From IMG/VR virus record IMGVR_UViG_3300045953_000088, positions 1-53,620 of that record: a stretch of 53,620 bases of DNA; one strand, 5' to 3'. Of this stretch, positions 1 through 9,406 are shown one piece after another. The notes under the pieces are model-generated. The model was not told the origin of the DNA. It saw nothing but the letters and a program-made list of their open reading frames with translations, and did no database searches. A program made the position numbers and the translations under genes. Source of the stretch: a virus. Lineage: Duplodnaviria; Caudoviricetes. The stretch's first letter is position 1. Every line of letters starts with the position of its first letter.

Positions 1-769
1 AGCCGTCCTTGTACGTCTGCGGATGCTGGCCGCCGAGCACGTCGATTTCCTGGATGTCATGCCAGACACCGTTGGCCCAAGCGATCCAGTCGTACATGCT
101 GAGCCAGCCGCGAGGATTCTTTGCCTTCATCTCGACGCCCCAATTGCGAAGGTACGCGACGTAACCGCGATCGTCCTTGCTGTTGTGGCGGAACCACTCC
201 TCACGCCTCAGCGGGCGTTTGCCCTCGCGATAGACCAGCGGCCGAATTGGGACAGCAACCTCGCCGGGCTTTTGAAACACGAGAACGTAATCATTGGGCG
301 CCATCGCCCAATCGGTCGCCGTCCGGCTGTGGCCCGTCTTGAATTGAAGGCTGTGCAGATTCAGTTTGTTGGCCAGCGCTTGCGGGTCTTTATTGATGGC
401 GACTTCACCCTTGAACTGGAAACCGGCGGCGCCGAAGATGTCGATAGTCGCCCCGCGGAAATCGCGGCGGCCGCTGAAGCCGTGTTGATTCTTGTAGGCG
501 AGCAGCTGCTGGATATGGCAACACCAGTTGCACCCTGGTGCGATGACGCGAAACAGTTGCTCGGCAAAGAAGCGGAGATTGAGTGCGAATCGTCCCTTAA
601 GAATGTCGATCGTGCTGCCGTTGTTGCCAACGTCCTCGTCTTTCCCCGAGTAAACGAACAAACTCTCGAACGGGATCGAGCTGACGGCAAGGTGCACGGA
701 CGCCGGCGGCATCTCTGCCATGCCGCGGATGCAATCTTGATTCAGTATCGTTGCCTTTGGCGTCATCAT
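1..769 (-). CDS. DNA N4-cytosine/N6-adenine methyltransferase (3' end truncated by the window edge)
   Basis: Not in the ORF track. Manual translation from ATG 769 (GAGG upstream) gives MMTPKATILNQDCIRGMAEMPPASVHLAVSSIPFESLFVYSGKDEDVGN..., matching the DC..M..L/SPPF-type motif IV region of beta-class phage MTases. Open to position 1. Confidence 0.8.
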   Translation of the reverse strand, partial: MMTPKATILNQDCIRGMAEMPPASVHLAVSSIPFESLFVYSGKDEDVGNNGSTIDILKGRFALNLRFFAEQLFRVIAPGCNWCCHIQQLLAYKNQHGFSGRRDFRGATIDIFGAAGFQFKGEVAINKDPQALANKLNLHSLQFKTGHSRTATDWAMAPNDYVLVFQKPGEVAVPIRPLVYREGKRPLRREEWFRHNSKDDRGYVAYLRNWGVEMKAKNPRGWLSMYDWIAWANGVWHDIQEIDVLGGQHPQTYKDG

Positions 770-860
770 CTGACCTCAGATAAAATCGCCGCGCCGCAAC
801 GAGCGGACGCGGCTCTGCTACCACGGCCGGAATTTACAGACAGCCGTGGACACTTGAAAA

Positions 861-1754
861 TCACGCACTCGCCGTGGCCTTGCCGCCACGCTTCCAGAAC
901 TCCTCCGCGGCGTCCGCAATCTCACCGGCAGCCTTGGGGCCCACGCCTTCGAGGTCATTCACCCAAAAGTCGCCTTTCTTCGCTTGGAAGTCGGAGAAGT
1001 CGCCCATGGTACTGATGTCCGCCAGCTCGAACGCCTTGTACGTTCGACTGCCAAGGCCCTGGAGCGCCTCGCCGACCGGAACGGTCCGCCAGTTCTCATC
1101 GATCTTCGCGTGCGAATGGCCGTTGACCTTGCCGTTGTGATTGCCGTTGCTCTCGGCCGTGTTGTCCTCAGTCGGCACTTTTTGCTCATTGGGATTAGTC
1201 GCTGGCGACGCCGGCTCGGGAATCTCCTTGAAGAGTGGCCCCTCGGCGCAGGCCTTGGCGAAACGCTGCAGGTCGCGCTTGTACAAGCCATGGCGCCGGA
1301 TTACCGACTCGAATTCCTCGATGTCGTGTTTCTTGATCCGGTAGACCTTGCGTCCGCGTTCATCGAGGACCTGGTCACCCGATTTCTTGTCCTCCGCCAC
1401 GCCGGCGTGGCACAGCTCGTGATCCATCAAGGCCGCCCGTTGCTTTTCGTTGAACTGTTTCCAAGTCGTCGAGTTCAGAAAGATGACGAAGTCGAACTCG
1501 CGCATTTCGCGATCGAGGTCGGACTGCTTCTTACATTTGCCGAGGACGAGGAACCCATCGACGTTTGCCTTGACGTCGAGCATCCAGGCGACGGCGATTT
1601 TGGCGTCGTCGAGATGTGAATGATGCTTCAGCATCTTGTCGAGGTAACCGTACGGACACTCCGGATCCTTCGACTTTCGTTCTGGCCTAGGTAATAGCTG
1701 GACTTTGACGGCTTTACGTCTTGGCTTGCGAGCGGTTCTTCTTGCGCGGACCAT
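861..1754 (-). CDS. Putative phage metallopeptidase with C-terminal HhH / RNAP alpha-CTD-like domain
   Basis: HELCH and HDIEEF motifs; C-terminus LGSRTYKAFELADISTMGDF...LEGVGPKAAGEI. Confidence 0.7.
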   Translation of the reverse strand: MVRARRTARKPRRKAVKVQLLPRPERKSKDPECPYGYLDKMLKHHSHLDDAKIAVAWMLDVKANVDGFLVLGKCKKQSDLDREMREFDFVIFLNSTTWKQFNEKQRAALMDHELCHAGVAEDKKSGDQVLDERGRKVYRIKKHDIEEFESVIRRHGLYKRDLQRFAKACAEGPLFKEIPEPASPATNPNEQKVPTEDNTAESNGNHNGKVNGHSHAKIDENWRTVPVGEALQGLGSRTYKAFELADISTMGDFSDFQAKKGDFWVNDLEGVGPKAAGEIADAAEEFWKRGGKATASA

Positions 1755-1914
1755 GAGAATTCCTTTCAAGTGATTGGTTCTTGTTGGTCAATTCGTTGGC
1801 TGCTCTTATCCACCTTTGCCAAGTCGTAGGATCGACTTCCATTGGAGCGTCGGTGTCGCCTTCATAGGTGGCGTCATATTCCAAGATGGATTGGGCAAGT
1901 TCATGATTGCTCAT
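1714..1914 (-). CDS. Hypothetical phage protein
   Basis: ORF packed into the operon; start overlaps the upstream stop. Confidence 0.5.
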   Translation of the reverse strand: MSNHELAQSILEYDATYEGDTDAPMEVDPTTWQRWIRAANELTNKNQSLERNSHGPRKKNRSQAKT

Positions 1915-2126
1915 CGCTGCCATGACTCGGCTCCAGTTTGAATGTTGTCGATCGCCACGCATTGAGCGGGGCTGACGTATTCGTTTTCGTCGATCCAGTC
2001 GGCGATGCTTTCAATCGTCTCCGACGCCGAAGCCGCAAAGTCGTCGGCTGCAGACGGCAGGCTTTCGAGGAGATCGAGCAACTCCTCGCACTGAGCCAGC
2101 CGTTTTTCCCACTCAGCTTGCGGCAC
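1911..2126 (-). CDS. Hypothetical acidic protein
   Basis: Probable GTG start (VPQAEWEK...), packed between neighbours. Confidence 0.5.
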   Translation of the reverse strand: MPQAEWEKRLAQCEELLDLLESLPSAADDFAASASETIESIADWIDENEYVSPAQCVAIDNIQTGAESWQR

Positions 2127-2493
2127 GGGCCAACTCCCAAATCGTGACGACGACCTTCCCGTCTTGGCAGGGCTCGCAGCGGATGATCCGCTCATCGTCA
2201 ATCTGCTCGTCATCAACGAATGCCGTCGAGTGTTCGAGGGAATCGAGTAAACACTTCCAGAGGTTATTCAGGTCCCGTCGCCGGCCGTCCGCCGGCGGAT
2301 GAGCCTCGACGTAGACACCAAGACGACCTTTCATCGGTTCTTGACTGATCTTGCACGCGAGACGCATCGCGCGGATTTTCTCGACCACGTGAGACCGATA
2401 TTTCAGTCCGTCGCTGCTGACGATGATCCTGCCGTTGGCCATGGTCCAATAGGAGTTCACGCTCGGCGTCCATGGCAGTTCGAGCTTGATCAT
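2113..2493 (-). CDS. rusA: RusA-family Holliday junction resolvase
   Basis: LPWTPSVNSYW, RRRDLNNLWKCLLDSL, DDEQI motifs. Confidence 0.85.
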   Translation of the reverse strand: MIKLELPWTPSVNSYWTMANGRIIVSSDGLKYRSHVVEKIRAMRLACKISQEPMKGRLGVYVEAHPPADGRRRDLNNLWKCLLDSLEHSTAFVDDEQIDDERIIRCEPCQDGKVVVTIWELARAAS

Positions 2494-2747
2494 TTCCTCG
2501 CGTCCCTCTCCGCGATCGCCTGTCTCAAGTAAACTGCCAAATCTAAGGCTTCCTGGTAGGCATCCATCAGCGCATCGCGGCCGTTGTTCGCCTGGACCGG
2601 AGTGCCGTATTTGGCGATGCCAAACTTTCGCCGTTGCTTCATATCTGTCATGACGAGCTTCCAGACGTCGCCCGCAGATGTCTTTGGTGACGTCTGCACG
2701 TTGGCACCCAGCGATTTCAGAGCTTCCTTAAGCCGCTTTTTGGTCAT
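2490..2747 (-). CDS. Conserved phage helical protein (possibly all-alpha NTP-PPase-like)
   Basis: GIAKYGTPV...DAYQEALDLAVYL pattern. Confidence 0.55.
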   Translation of the reverse strand: MTKKRLKEALKSLGANVQTSPKTSAGDVWKLVMTDMKQRRKFGIAKYGTPVQANNGRDALMDAYQEALDLAVYLRQAIAERDARK

Positions 2748-5701
2748 GACGCCCTCGATTTGCGACGCGCCTTTGCCGGCACGTAGTTCGCCTTGACCAA
2801 GACTTCCGCCATCACCGGACAGACAGAATTTCCGATCCTGGCGACCTGGCTGCTCTTGCTGCCAGTGAGGATGTAAGAATCTGGGAATCCCTGTGCTCTC
2901 GCGAGTTCACGCGGCGACAGCATTCGCATTCCGATATCGACGATGACGTACGGCTCGCCGTTGATCGACACGGTGACCAGGCCGAAGCGGTCTTTGCCTG
3001 TGGCGGTCGGCATCGGTTCGATGAGGCTGGCGCCGATCGCCGTGCCAAAGTATTTCACTAGGAAGCTGTAGACGAGGGCGGCGTGGTTTCCGCTCGTGAC
3101 GGTCGGAAGTGGCTCATCGGCCCCATTCCATTGTTTTTCGCCATGGTTCATTCGGATGATGTTCGCGGCGACAAGGCCAGCGTGATTGCCGCCGGCCATG
3201 ACGGTGTTCATCGGCTCGGACGGCGAACTCGGTTGCGTATTGTTCTTAAGATGAATCAAGTTCGCAGCGACAAGCGAGTGATGATCCTTAGCTGTGACCG
3301 TGGATGTTGGGCCGTCGGCTGGGACGCCAACAACGCCGCCAAAGTGCTTGGCAAGGAACGCGGAAACGAGAGCATGCTTCTGTCCGTTGACGCACGTGCC
3401 GAGCGGTTTTTCAAGATCAAGGCACCGCGGCGACTGGCCTTTGCGTTCGGTGTAACCTGTCTGAACCATAGTTGCAGCGACTACATGACGATGATTTTCG
3501 GTCATCAGCGTCCCGATCGGCTCGTCAACTGGCCGCGGCTTGCCGGCGTTCGATGGTCCACCTGCGCCAACGAGACACGCCGATACCAATGCATGATTGT
3601 TGCCGCCAGCATGAACAGTACCCAGTGGCTGATCAGCGGCATTCACTCGCCCGTCGCCAAACGTTGTGCCGGCTGGTCCGTTGCCGTGAGCTAGTTGTGC
3701 TATCACTACGCCGTAGCCGTGCTTTCCCGTCACTGTCGACAGCGGTTGATCAATCGACTGCCCACGAAAATGATCGCCGCCATGTTCGCACCGAACAATG
3801 AACGGAGTCGGATTTTCAAGTACGTACCTCTTGATACCCATCGCGATTCGACGCAGCGTGTTCTCCGCCAGCGGCCGTTTGCGTTCGAAGATCGACGGGC
3901 AAGCAATCGACCAGTCGATGCATTCAGCGGCTGTGCGCCACGGCTGCAGCGTTCCGAACAATGGTTGTGCGTTGATCTTTTTCGGATCGCCATGCGTCGG
4001 CTCTGGCCAAACAACCTTCTGACCGTCGCAACGGGCAATAAGGAAGAGACGTCGGCGATGTGTTGGCGCTCCAAAGTCACTGGCATTCAGGACGCGCCAT
4101 TGCACTTCGTAGCCGAGATTGCGGAGGCGACCGGCCCATCGCTTGAACGAATGGCCTTTGCGCGTTGGATCGGGGACCAGGACGGGAGAGCCGTCGTCGA
4201 GGACCTGACCGACGCCATCGACTATCTTCTGAACCAGCGGGCCCCAGTCTTCGAATTCACGTACGTTTTCGAGAATAATGACGCGCGGCCTAACTTCTGC
4301 AGCCCATTTCACGACAACCCAGGCAAGCGAGCGAATGTGTTTCTTAACCGGCTTGGCGCCTTTCGCTCTGCTGAAATGGGTGCAATTGTGAACTACTATG
4401 CTTTCTGCAACATAGCTTTCGTCCTCATCGACACTTAGATTGTAAACCTCAGTTTGACCGTCAATCCCTGATTCAATTTCTCTAATCGGCGTGTATCGAT
4501 GGAGGTCGTCGCAACGCGTTTGTTCGTGATCGGCATCGACGTGGTGCCGCCATCTGAGTTTGTAAACGTCGCGACTGTTGATTTTTCTCCCCTCAATTTC
4601 GTTCGAATGTTGGTGCGATTTGTAAACAGCAACGGCGTGACCAAATGACATTGCCAGCGACTTAACGCCGAACGCCAATGCCTTTGAGACCGTTGTGGCT
4701 TCCATGAAGTCTTGAGACTTCCAGCCATCACCTGACATGTATCCAGTGAGGAACGCGGCGCGGATCGTTTCTGGCGCGCCAAGCATCCAGCCGGGAATTC
4801 GTTTTTCGTGTGCCAGATGCCCAAAGTTTGTTCTGAGCCAATCAACAAGACCGCGATGATTCGTCGAAAACTGACACGCAGTTTCAAGCTCTCGGAAATG
4901 CCATTCTAGTTCACCAAACTGAGACCGTGCCGAAGATCTTGGCCAGGACGCCAGTTTTTCTTTGAGTGCATTGACTTCGTCTTTCCCACAGATGATGACC
5001 AACTCGGCACGGGTGTCGGTTAGTCTGGTCCATCCGTCAGCCAAATAGCGGCCAGCTAACCACATCAAACGGTCATCTAAATACATGCCGCGACCACCAA
5101 CTTCTGGGATTGCCAGTGGCTCGAATTTTGTCGGCGATGACCAGTAATGACCGGACTGGCTTGCATCACGTCCGGTCAGGGGAGTGAGTTCGCTGGCTTT
5201 AGTCCACTGTGGAGAGTCAAACGTCGGGACGTATCGGCGCACGCTGTTATCCCAAGTGTTTGTTCGGTGGACTGACAAGAACGGATGCTCGCTCGAAACT
5301 GCCAAACCGAAATGTCCGTGACCACGAATGGTCATCGTGTTTTTCACTGACGACATTGTTTGGTTGACGCGGCGCCATCTGCCGCGGTGAGTAAGAACCA
5401 AATCGCCGACGTGAACTTGTTCAATCGGAATATAGCCATCGGCCGTCAAAACAAGCGTCCCGGCCGGGAAGCAATCGGGGCTAGCCCACAGCAAGCCGAG
5501 GGCGCGGCCTTTCGTTAGGCTCGCCGGCTTGAGACTCCAAATGTCGTTTGGATAATGTGCCGTCTCAGGGTGATTTGCCGTGTGCATGGCGATCGCGTCT
5601 GCGTCGTGATTGATCGCGACATCGACACGGAATCCAGCCTGACCGATGCCGAATGAGGCACCGCCTCCGCCGGCGAAACTGTCGATGATAAGCTCACGCA
5701 T
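2744..5701 (-). CDS. DNA (cytosine-5) methyltransferase with intein
   Basis: FAGGGG motif I, SPD/C motif IV split by the intein, ENV motif VI, HRRRLF motif VIII, AQGFPDSY and IGNSV motifs IX/X. Confidence 0.92.
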   Translation of the reverse strand: MRELIIDSFAGGGGASFGIGQAGFRVDVAINHDADAIAMHTANHPETAHYPNDIWSLKPASLTKGRALGLLWASPDCFPAGTLVLTADGYIPIEQVHVGDLVLTHRGRWRRVNQTMSSVKNTMTIRGHGHFGLAVSSEHPFLSVHRTNTWDNSVRRYVPTFDSPQWTKASELTPLTGRDASQSGHYWSSPTKFEPLAIPEVGGRGMYLDDRLMWLAGRYLADGWTRLTDTRAELVIICGKDEVNALKEKLASWPRSSARSQFGELEWHFRELETACQFSTNHRGLVDWLRTNFGHLAHEKRIPGWMLGAPETIRAAFLTGYMSGDGWKSQDFMEATTVSKALAFGVKSLAMSFGHAVAVYKSHQHSNEIEGRKINSRDVYKLRWRHHVDADHEQTRCDDLHRYTPIREIESGIDGQTEVYNLSVDEDESYVAESIVVHNCTHFSRAKGAKPVKKHIRSLAWVVVKWAAEVRPRVIILENVREFEDWGPLVQKIVDGVGQVLDDGSPVLVPDPTRKGHSFKRWAGRLRNLGYEVQWRVLNASDFGAPTHRRRLFLIARCDGQKVVWPEPTHGDPKKINAQPLFGTLQPWRTAAECIDWSIACPSIFERKRPLAENTLRRIAMGIKRYVLENPTPFIVRCEHGGDHFRGQSIDQPLSTVTGKHGYGVVIAQLAHGNGPAGTTFGDGRVNAADQPLGTVHAGGNNHALVSACLVGAGGPSNAGKPRPVDEPIGTLMTENHRHVVAATMVQTGYTERKGQSPRCLDLEKPLGTCVNGQKHALVSAFLAKHFGGVVGVPADGPTSTVTAKDHHSLVAANLIHLKNNTQPSSPSEPMNTVMAGGNHAGLVAANIIRMNHGEKQWNGADEPLPTVTSGNHAALVYSFLVKYFGTAIGASLIEPMPTATGKDRFGLVTVSINGEPYVIVDIGMRMLSPRELARAQGFPDSYILTGSKSSQVARIGNSVCPVMAEVLVKANYVPAKARRKSRAS
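4385..5473 (-). mobile_element. Intein with LAGLIDADG homing endonuclease (363 aa)
   Basis: Starts CFPAGT, has block B SSEHPF, LAGLIDADG-like helices LAGRYLADG and FLTGYMSGDG, and ends VYNLSV..VVHN followed by C+1. Confidence 0.92.
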
Positions 5702-5746
5702 TCGAATCGTCCCTGAGTTTCCCTGCCATCTCAAACGGCATTCGGA

Positions 5747-7012
5747 TCACGCCACGTCTACGATCTCTGCTTGCAACGGCTCGCCTTTGGCAACAACCTC
5801 GCACACGAGCTGGACGCCGTGCTCTTTTGCGAATTCGTTGATGGGCGCCATGTCATCGATCAACGACGCATCACGAACGGCAATCAGTCGATGACCGAGT
5901 GCCGCGGCGACGAGAATGTCGAGTCTCATGCGCGCCGCCGTATTGAGCGCCGATAGTTCGACGGGCCCTGTGCCTTGATCGAGAGTGACTGCCTCTCCCT
6001 TGATGCTAAGGCCGTCAATCGGGAGTTTCACGTTCGCGAGTTGGCGGCGCTTGGTGTCGTTGATCCTGTCCAATCTGGCCGACAGGTCATCAGCGAGCTT
6101 TTGTTTGGCCGCGGCAATTTTTTCGAGTAGCGTTTTGTTTGTGCGAGCCTGGGCGGCTTCGCGCATGTTTTGACGCTCGCGAGCGAGTCGAGCGTTCTCT
6201 TCTTTGGCTTGCGCGATTTCGGCGTCAATTGCCGACGTGTCCGGGTCGATCAGGTTTGCCGCCGCATTTTTGGCGATTGTCAATGCGCCGTCCGCTTTGG
6301 CTTGATCACGGTCGGCATTCTCCATTTGCTCTTGTGCGCGTTCGAGGGCGAGGATGCACTCGGCGCGACGCTCGGCGGCAGTTCGAGCGGCACGTTCTGC
6401 ATTCTGGTAGTTTTGGCGAAGTTGATCGTTTTCAAGACGCTTTTTTTCGATGCCCGTTTTCTTCGCGGCGATCGCGACAATATCAATGTCATCCGGCACG
6501 CTCACTGGAGCGTCGATGATGACGACGCCGTTGGCCTGGGCGGTCAGCGTCGCTGCGTCTCGCCGTTCGGCGTAAATGCGTTCGTATTCCGCGTCGAGGG
6601 AGGAAGTATCGATCTCGGGTGCAAGCCGGCGCAAGATCGCTGCCTGCTCTTTCGCTGGCTTTGTCGAGAACGTTTGACGCTCGATGGCGCCAATGAATCC
6701 GCTAAGTAAAGCCGTCGGCGATGGCAGGGCCTTGCCGCCGTTGGCCGGCTTGACCACCAACGACGGAGCGCCTTCACGCTTCTGCTTGCGGGTAACGACG
6801 TACTCACCGAATTCGACGCGTGTCTCGGCAGCGTCGGCGCCGTTGTTGATGACGGTGCCGTCGAGACGTCCACCGAGCCCCCAATACAAGGCATCGACCG
6901 CGCTCGACTTGCCTGCACCGTTCTTGCCCTTGAGCGTCAGGCTTTTACCGTTAGGTTCGGCTTCGAATTCGACGATGCCGCGAAAGCCGCGAATGGAGAA
7001 TCGTAATAGCAT
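5747..7012 (-). CDS. SMC/RecN-like AAA ATPase with coiled coil
   Basis: N-terminal IRGFRGI, Walker A GKNGAGKSS, long coiled coil, degenerate signature and Walker B near the C-terminus. Confidence 0.8.
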   Translation of the reverse strand: MLLRFSIRGFRGIVEFEAEPNGKSLTLKGKNGAGKSSAVDALYWGLGGRLDGTVINNGADAAETRVEFGEYVVTRKQKREGAPSLVVKPANGGKALPSPTALLSGFIGAIERQTFSTKPAKEQAAILRRLAPEIDTSSLDAEYERIYAERRDAATLTAQANGVVIIDAPVSVPDDIDIVAIAAKKTGIEKKRLENDQLRQNYQNAERAARTAAERRAECILALERAQEQMENADRDQAKADGALTIAKNAAANLIDPDTSAIDAEIAQAKEENARLARERQNMREAAQARTNKTLLEKIAAAKQKLADDLSARLDRINDTKRRQLANVKLPIDGLSIKGEAVTLDQGTGPVELSALNTAARMRLDILVAAALGHRLIAVRDASLIDDMAPINEFAKEHGVQLVCEVVAKGEPLQAEIVDVA

Positions 7013-7039
7013 AGATAACCTCTTGATTGTCTGACTGTC

Positions 7040-7082
7040 AAAAACCCGCTCCGCTCGGCATCATGCTCTGCGGAGAGGGGGC
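7040..7082 (-). terminator. Possible intrinsic terminator
   Basis: Minus strand CTCCGC...GCGGAG(CGGG) stem followed by TTTTT. Confidence 0.4.
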
Positions 7083-7095
7083 GGCTAACGAGCGA

Positions 7096-7238
7096 ACCCA
7101 TCAGCCCATCGTGTCCCACACTCGCGGGGTCGCACCGTACGCTTATGAGGCGGCGATCGTTTACCCTCCCGCACTGTCGATCGCTGGCATGCCTGAGTAC
7201 CGTCACTCATCCAGGACGGCTCGTGGGCTCTAATGGGT
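7096..7238 (-). ncRNA. Candidate structured non-coding RNA
   Basis: Nested complementary segments: 7096-7111 with 7222-7238, 7153-7159 with 7178-7184, 7192-7198 with 7205-7215. Confidence 0.35.
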
Positions 7239-7243
7239 AAGCA

Positions 7244-8386
7244 TCAATCTTCGTCTCCTGGTTCGCGCTGCTTTTGCGCCAACGCCGTTTCCAGGTCCTT
7301 AAGGTGAGCCAACGCGTCTTGTTCGAGCAGCTCATTCCATTTCTTGATCTTGATCGTCGCGCGGTAGGTGTTCTCGGCCATGCCGAGTTTCGAGAGTATT
7401 TCTTGAATTTTGGTGAGCGTGGCGGGGCGAAGTGGCATCGGCTTCGGAGGCTGATCTTGCGTCTGCACCTCTGCTTGCTCAGTCGCCTTGGCTTGCTCCT
7501 CGGACGCCGCGGGTTTCATTTCTGGTTGCTCTTGAGACGAATCCGCATCATCCTTCTTGCCGCCCTTGATCTTCTCCGCCAGTGTTTGGGATTTCGTCTG
7601 CAAAGACGGGAAACATTCTTCGATCGTCGTCTGCTTGTCTTTGATCGCCGTCCAGAACCCGAGCAGAAGCTGAATTTCGTCCAGCCCGATATCCTGCAAG
7701 CCTGGCTTGCCGAGGGCCGCGAGCAACCGATCTTGCTTGACCCCTTGTTTCTCCCAGAATGCGACCGCCTCCGAGCGGCGTGCTTCGAGCGACGTCGCGT
7801 CACCAAGAGCAACCTTTGCCGCCTGCGTGCGAATTTTCTCGACGAGTGACTTCGGGATGATTCGAAAGATCGCGTTGCGAAGGATAATCGAGATTGCCGC
7901 GTTTGCCGTGACGATGATCATGTCGTCATTGAACCGGCGATTTTGTTTGTCGGTGATACGACGAGTCGTTTCCTGACTGATGCGGTTGTTTGTTTCCATA
8001 TCCCAAGCCGTGCCTGCGACTTTGACGAACTGATCGCCGATCTCGACGATGCGGCCTTCGACGTGAAGATTGCCCCACGCAAGAACGCAGATTTCAGCCA
8101 GGCGAACGCTCGGCCCGGTGATCGTTTTGCCGCCGCGCGGGACAGCGTAGGTGCAACTGGCGGCAACTTCCTTGTCCTCTGTGGCGTAGGTCAATGCTCG
8201 CTGCATGAACAACTTGATTGAGCGAGGCCGCTTGACTGCCGTGTCGAGTTGAGCCTCGGTGAAAGCTGCCTCGCGCGGGTCGACCTTGGCAGTCGATGCC
8301 TGATCGATGATTTGCTCAAGCAGCTCGCCATCTTCCGTGACATATTCGGATTGCTGGCCACGCGGTTGTTGAAGGGTCGTCGTCAT
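7244..8386 (-). CDS. Conserved phage protein, putative single-strand annealing partner of YqaJ
   Basis: Y.VPRGGKTITGPSVRLAE...WGNL motif; lies directly downstream of the exonuclease. Confidence 0.6.
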   Translation of the reverse strand: MTTTLQQPRGQQSEYVTEDGELLEQIIDQASTAKVDPREAAFTEAQLDTAVKRPRSIKLFMQRALTYATEDKEVAASCTYAVPRGGKTITGPSVRLAEICVLAWGNLHVEGRIVEIGDQFVKVAGTAWDMETNNRISQETTRRITDKQNRRFNDDMIIVTANAAISIILRNAIFRIIPKSLVEKIRTQAAKVALGDATSLEARRSEAVAFWEKQGVKQDRLLAALGKPGLQDIGLDEIQLLLGFWTAIKDKQTTIEECFPSLQTKSQTLAEKIKGGKKDDADSSQEQPEMKPAASEEQAKATEQAEVQTQDQPPKPMPLRPATLTKIQEILSKLGMAENTYRATIKIKKWNELLEQDALAHLKDLETALAQKQREPGDED

Positions 8387-8417
8387 CAAAGTTGCCTTTC
8401 TGGTTTTAACTGGGACA

Positions 8418-9272
8418 TTACTTTTTCGATCGGAGCACGCGATATGAAGTCGGCTTGGCCACGTAGCCTTCGCGGTGCGTTTCGTAATATGTGACCAAGC
8501 CGCCCACGTAAGTCCCGAGTTCGGCGTCGCCAAGCGACGCGATGATTTCGGCCTTCAAGTCTTGCTCGCGTTTCTCCGCGTCCTTGCGAACATCGATTGC
8601 CTCAATCCATGCGCGAACGGTTTCGCCATCGATCTGAGTCTCTTTGGCTGGCACGCGGCGTAGGCGCTTCGCGACGTCGAGCGTCGGCTTGCTCCAATCG
8701 GGCGGAGTGTCGGTGACGATGCAGCGTTCCCAAAAATCAATGATCTTTTCCATGATGGCGTCGATAAGCACCTGGTCGCGTTCGACACGGTAGATAAGGA
8801 ATCCCTTCGGCGGACAGAGGGCGGCAAGGTAGGCGTGATCGAGCGTCGGATCGCACGCCATTTGATGCTGAAGCTGGACGGTGAACCGCTCTGGAAACTC
8901 TTCATCCGTCCAGAAGTCGTGACGTAGCGGCGAAACGATGCCCGAGCTTTTTGCGTCCACGTTGACGCGAACGCCGTTGATACCGAGCACGGCATCCAGG
9001 TTGGCGGCGATGAACTTCACATGAGGGTGAGGAACGAAAACGCTTCGCTCAATCGACGAGGCGTTGAGCCGGTCGGCAGCCCAATCAATTACCACACGCT
9101 CAAGACGATCGCCCGCATCCGTAGCGTCGTTGCCGCCAAAGTTCTCAACGCGGCCAGTTTTTTCGCACCAAATGTCGTAGGACGTGCGGTACGGATCGAT
9201 TTCGCAGACCGCTGCCGCGTCGGAAGCTCCAACGTACCCTTTGCGTTCAGTTATTTGTTGCTGGGTGAGCAT
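8418..9272 (-). CDS. YqaJ-like (lambda exonuclease family) viral recombinase
   Basis: RKGYVGASDAAAV, PYRTSYDIWCEKTG, ANLDA, DAK, QLQHQM. Confidence 0.9.
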   Translation of the reverse strand: MLTQQQITERKGYVGASDAAAVCEIDPYRTSYDIWCEKTGRVENFGGNDATDAGDRLERVVIDWAADRLNASSIERSVFVPHPHVKFIAANLDAVLGINGVRVNVDAKSSGIVSPLRHDFWTDEEFPERFTVQLQHQMACDPTLDHAYLAALCPPKGFLIYRVERDQVLIDAIMEKIIDFWERCIVTDTPPDWSKPTLDVAKRLRRVPAKETQIDGETVRAWIEAIDVRKDAEKREQDLKAEIIASLGDAELGTYVGGLVTYYETHREGYVAKPTSYRVLRSKK

Positions 9273-9406
9273 CCGCTTTCCCCTTGTAAATAGCCAGCGC
9301 CACGCGCGCATTCGATTTCAACATGGATTCACAATCGCTCGCGATCACTTGCTCCAGGGACCGCACGAGAAACGACCTATGGCGTCGTCGGCGATTTTGA
9401 TGATGG

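Noticed and set aside
23-1015. 330-aa plus-strand ORF and other long plus-strand ORFs (e.g. 10026..11036, 15376..16356, 45063..46313, 47250..48170)
   Set aside because: They are antisense shadows of GC-rich minus-strand genes with no motifs or RBS.
7190-7220. Hammerhead ribozyme (CTGGATGAG on the minus strand)
   Set aside because: The core differs from CUGAUGA and no matching GAAA is positioned correctly.
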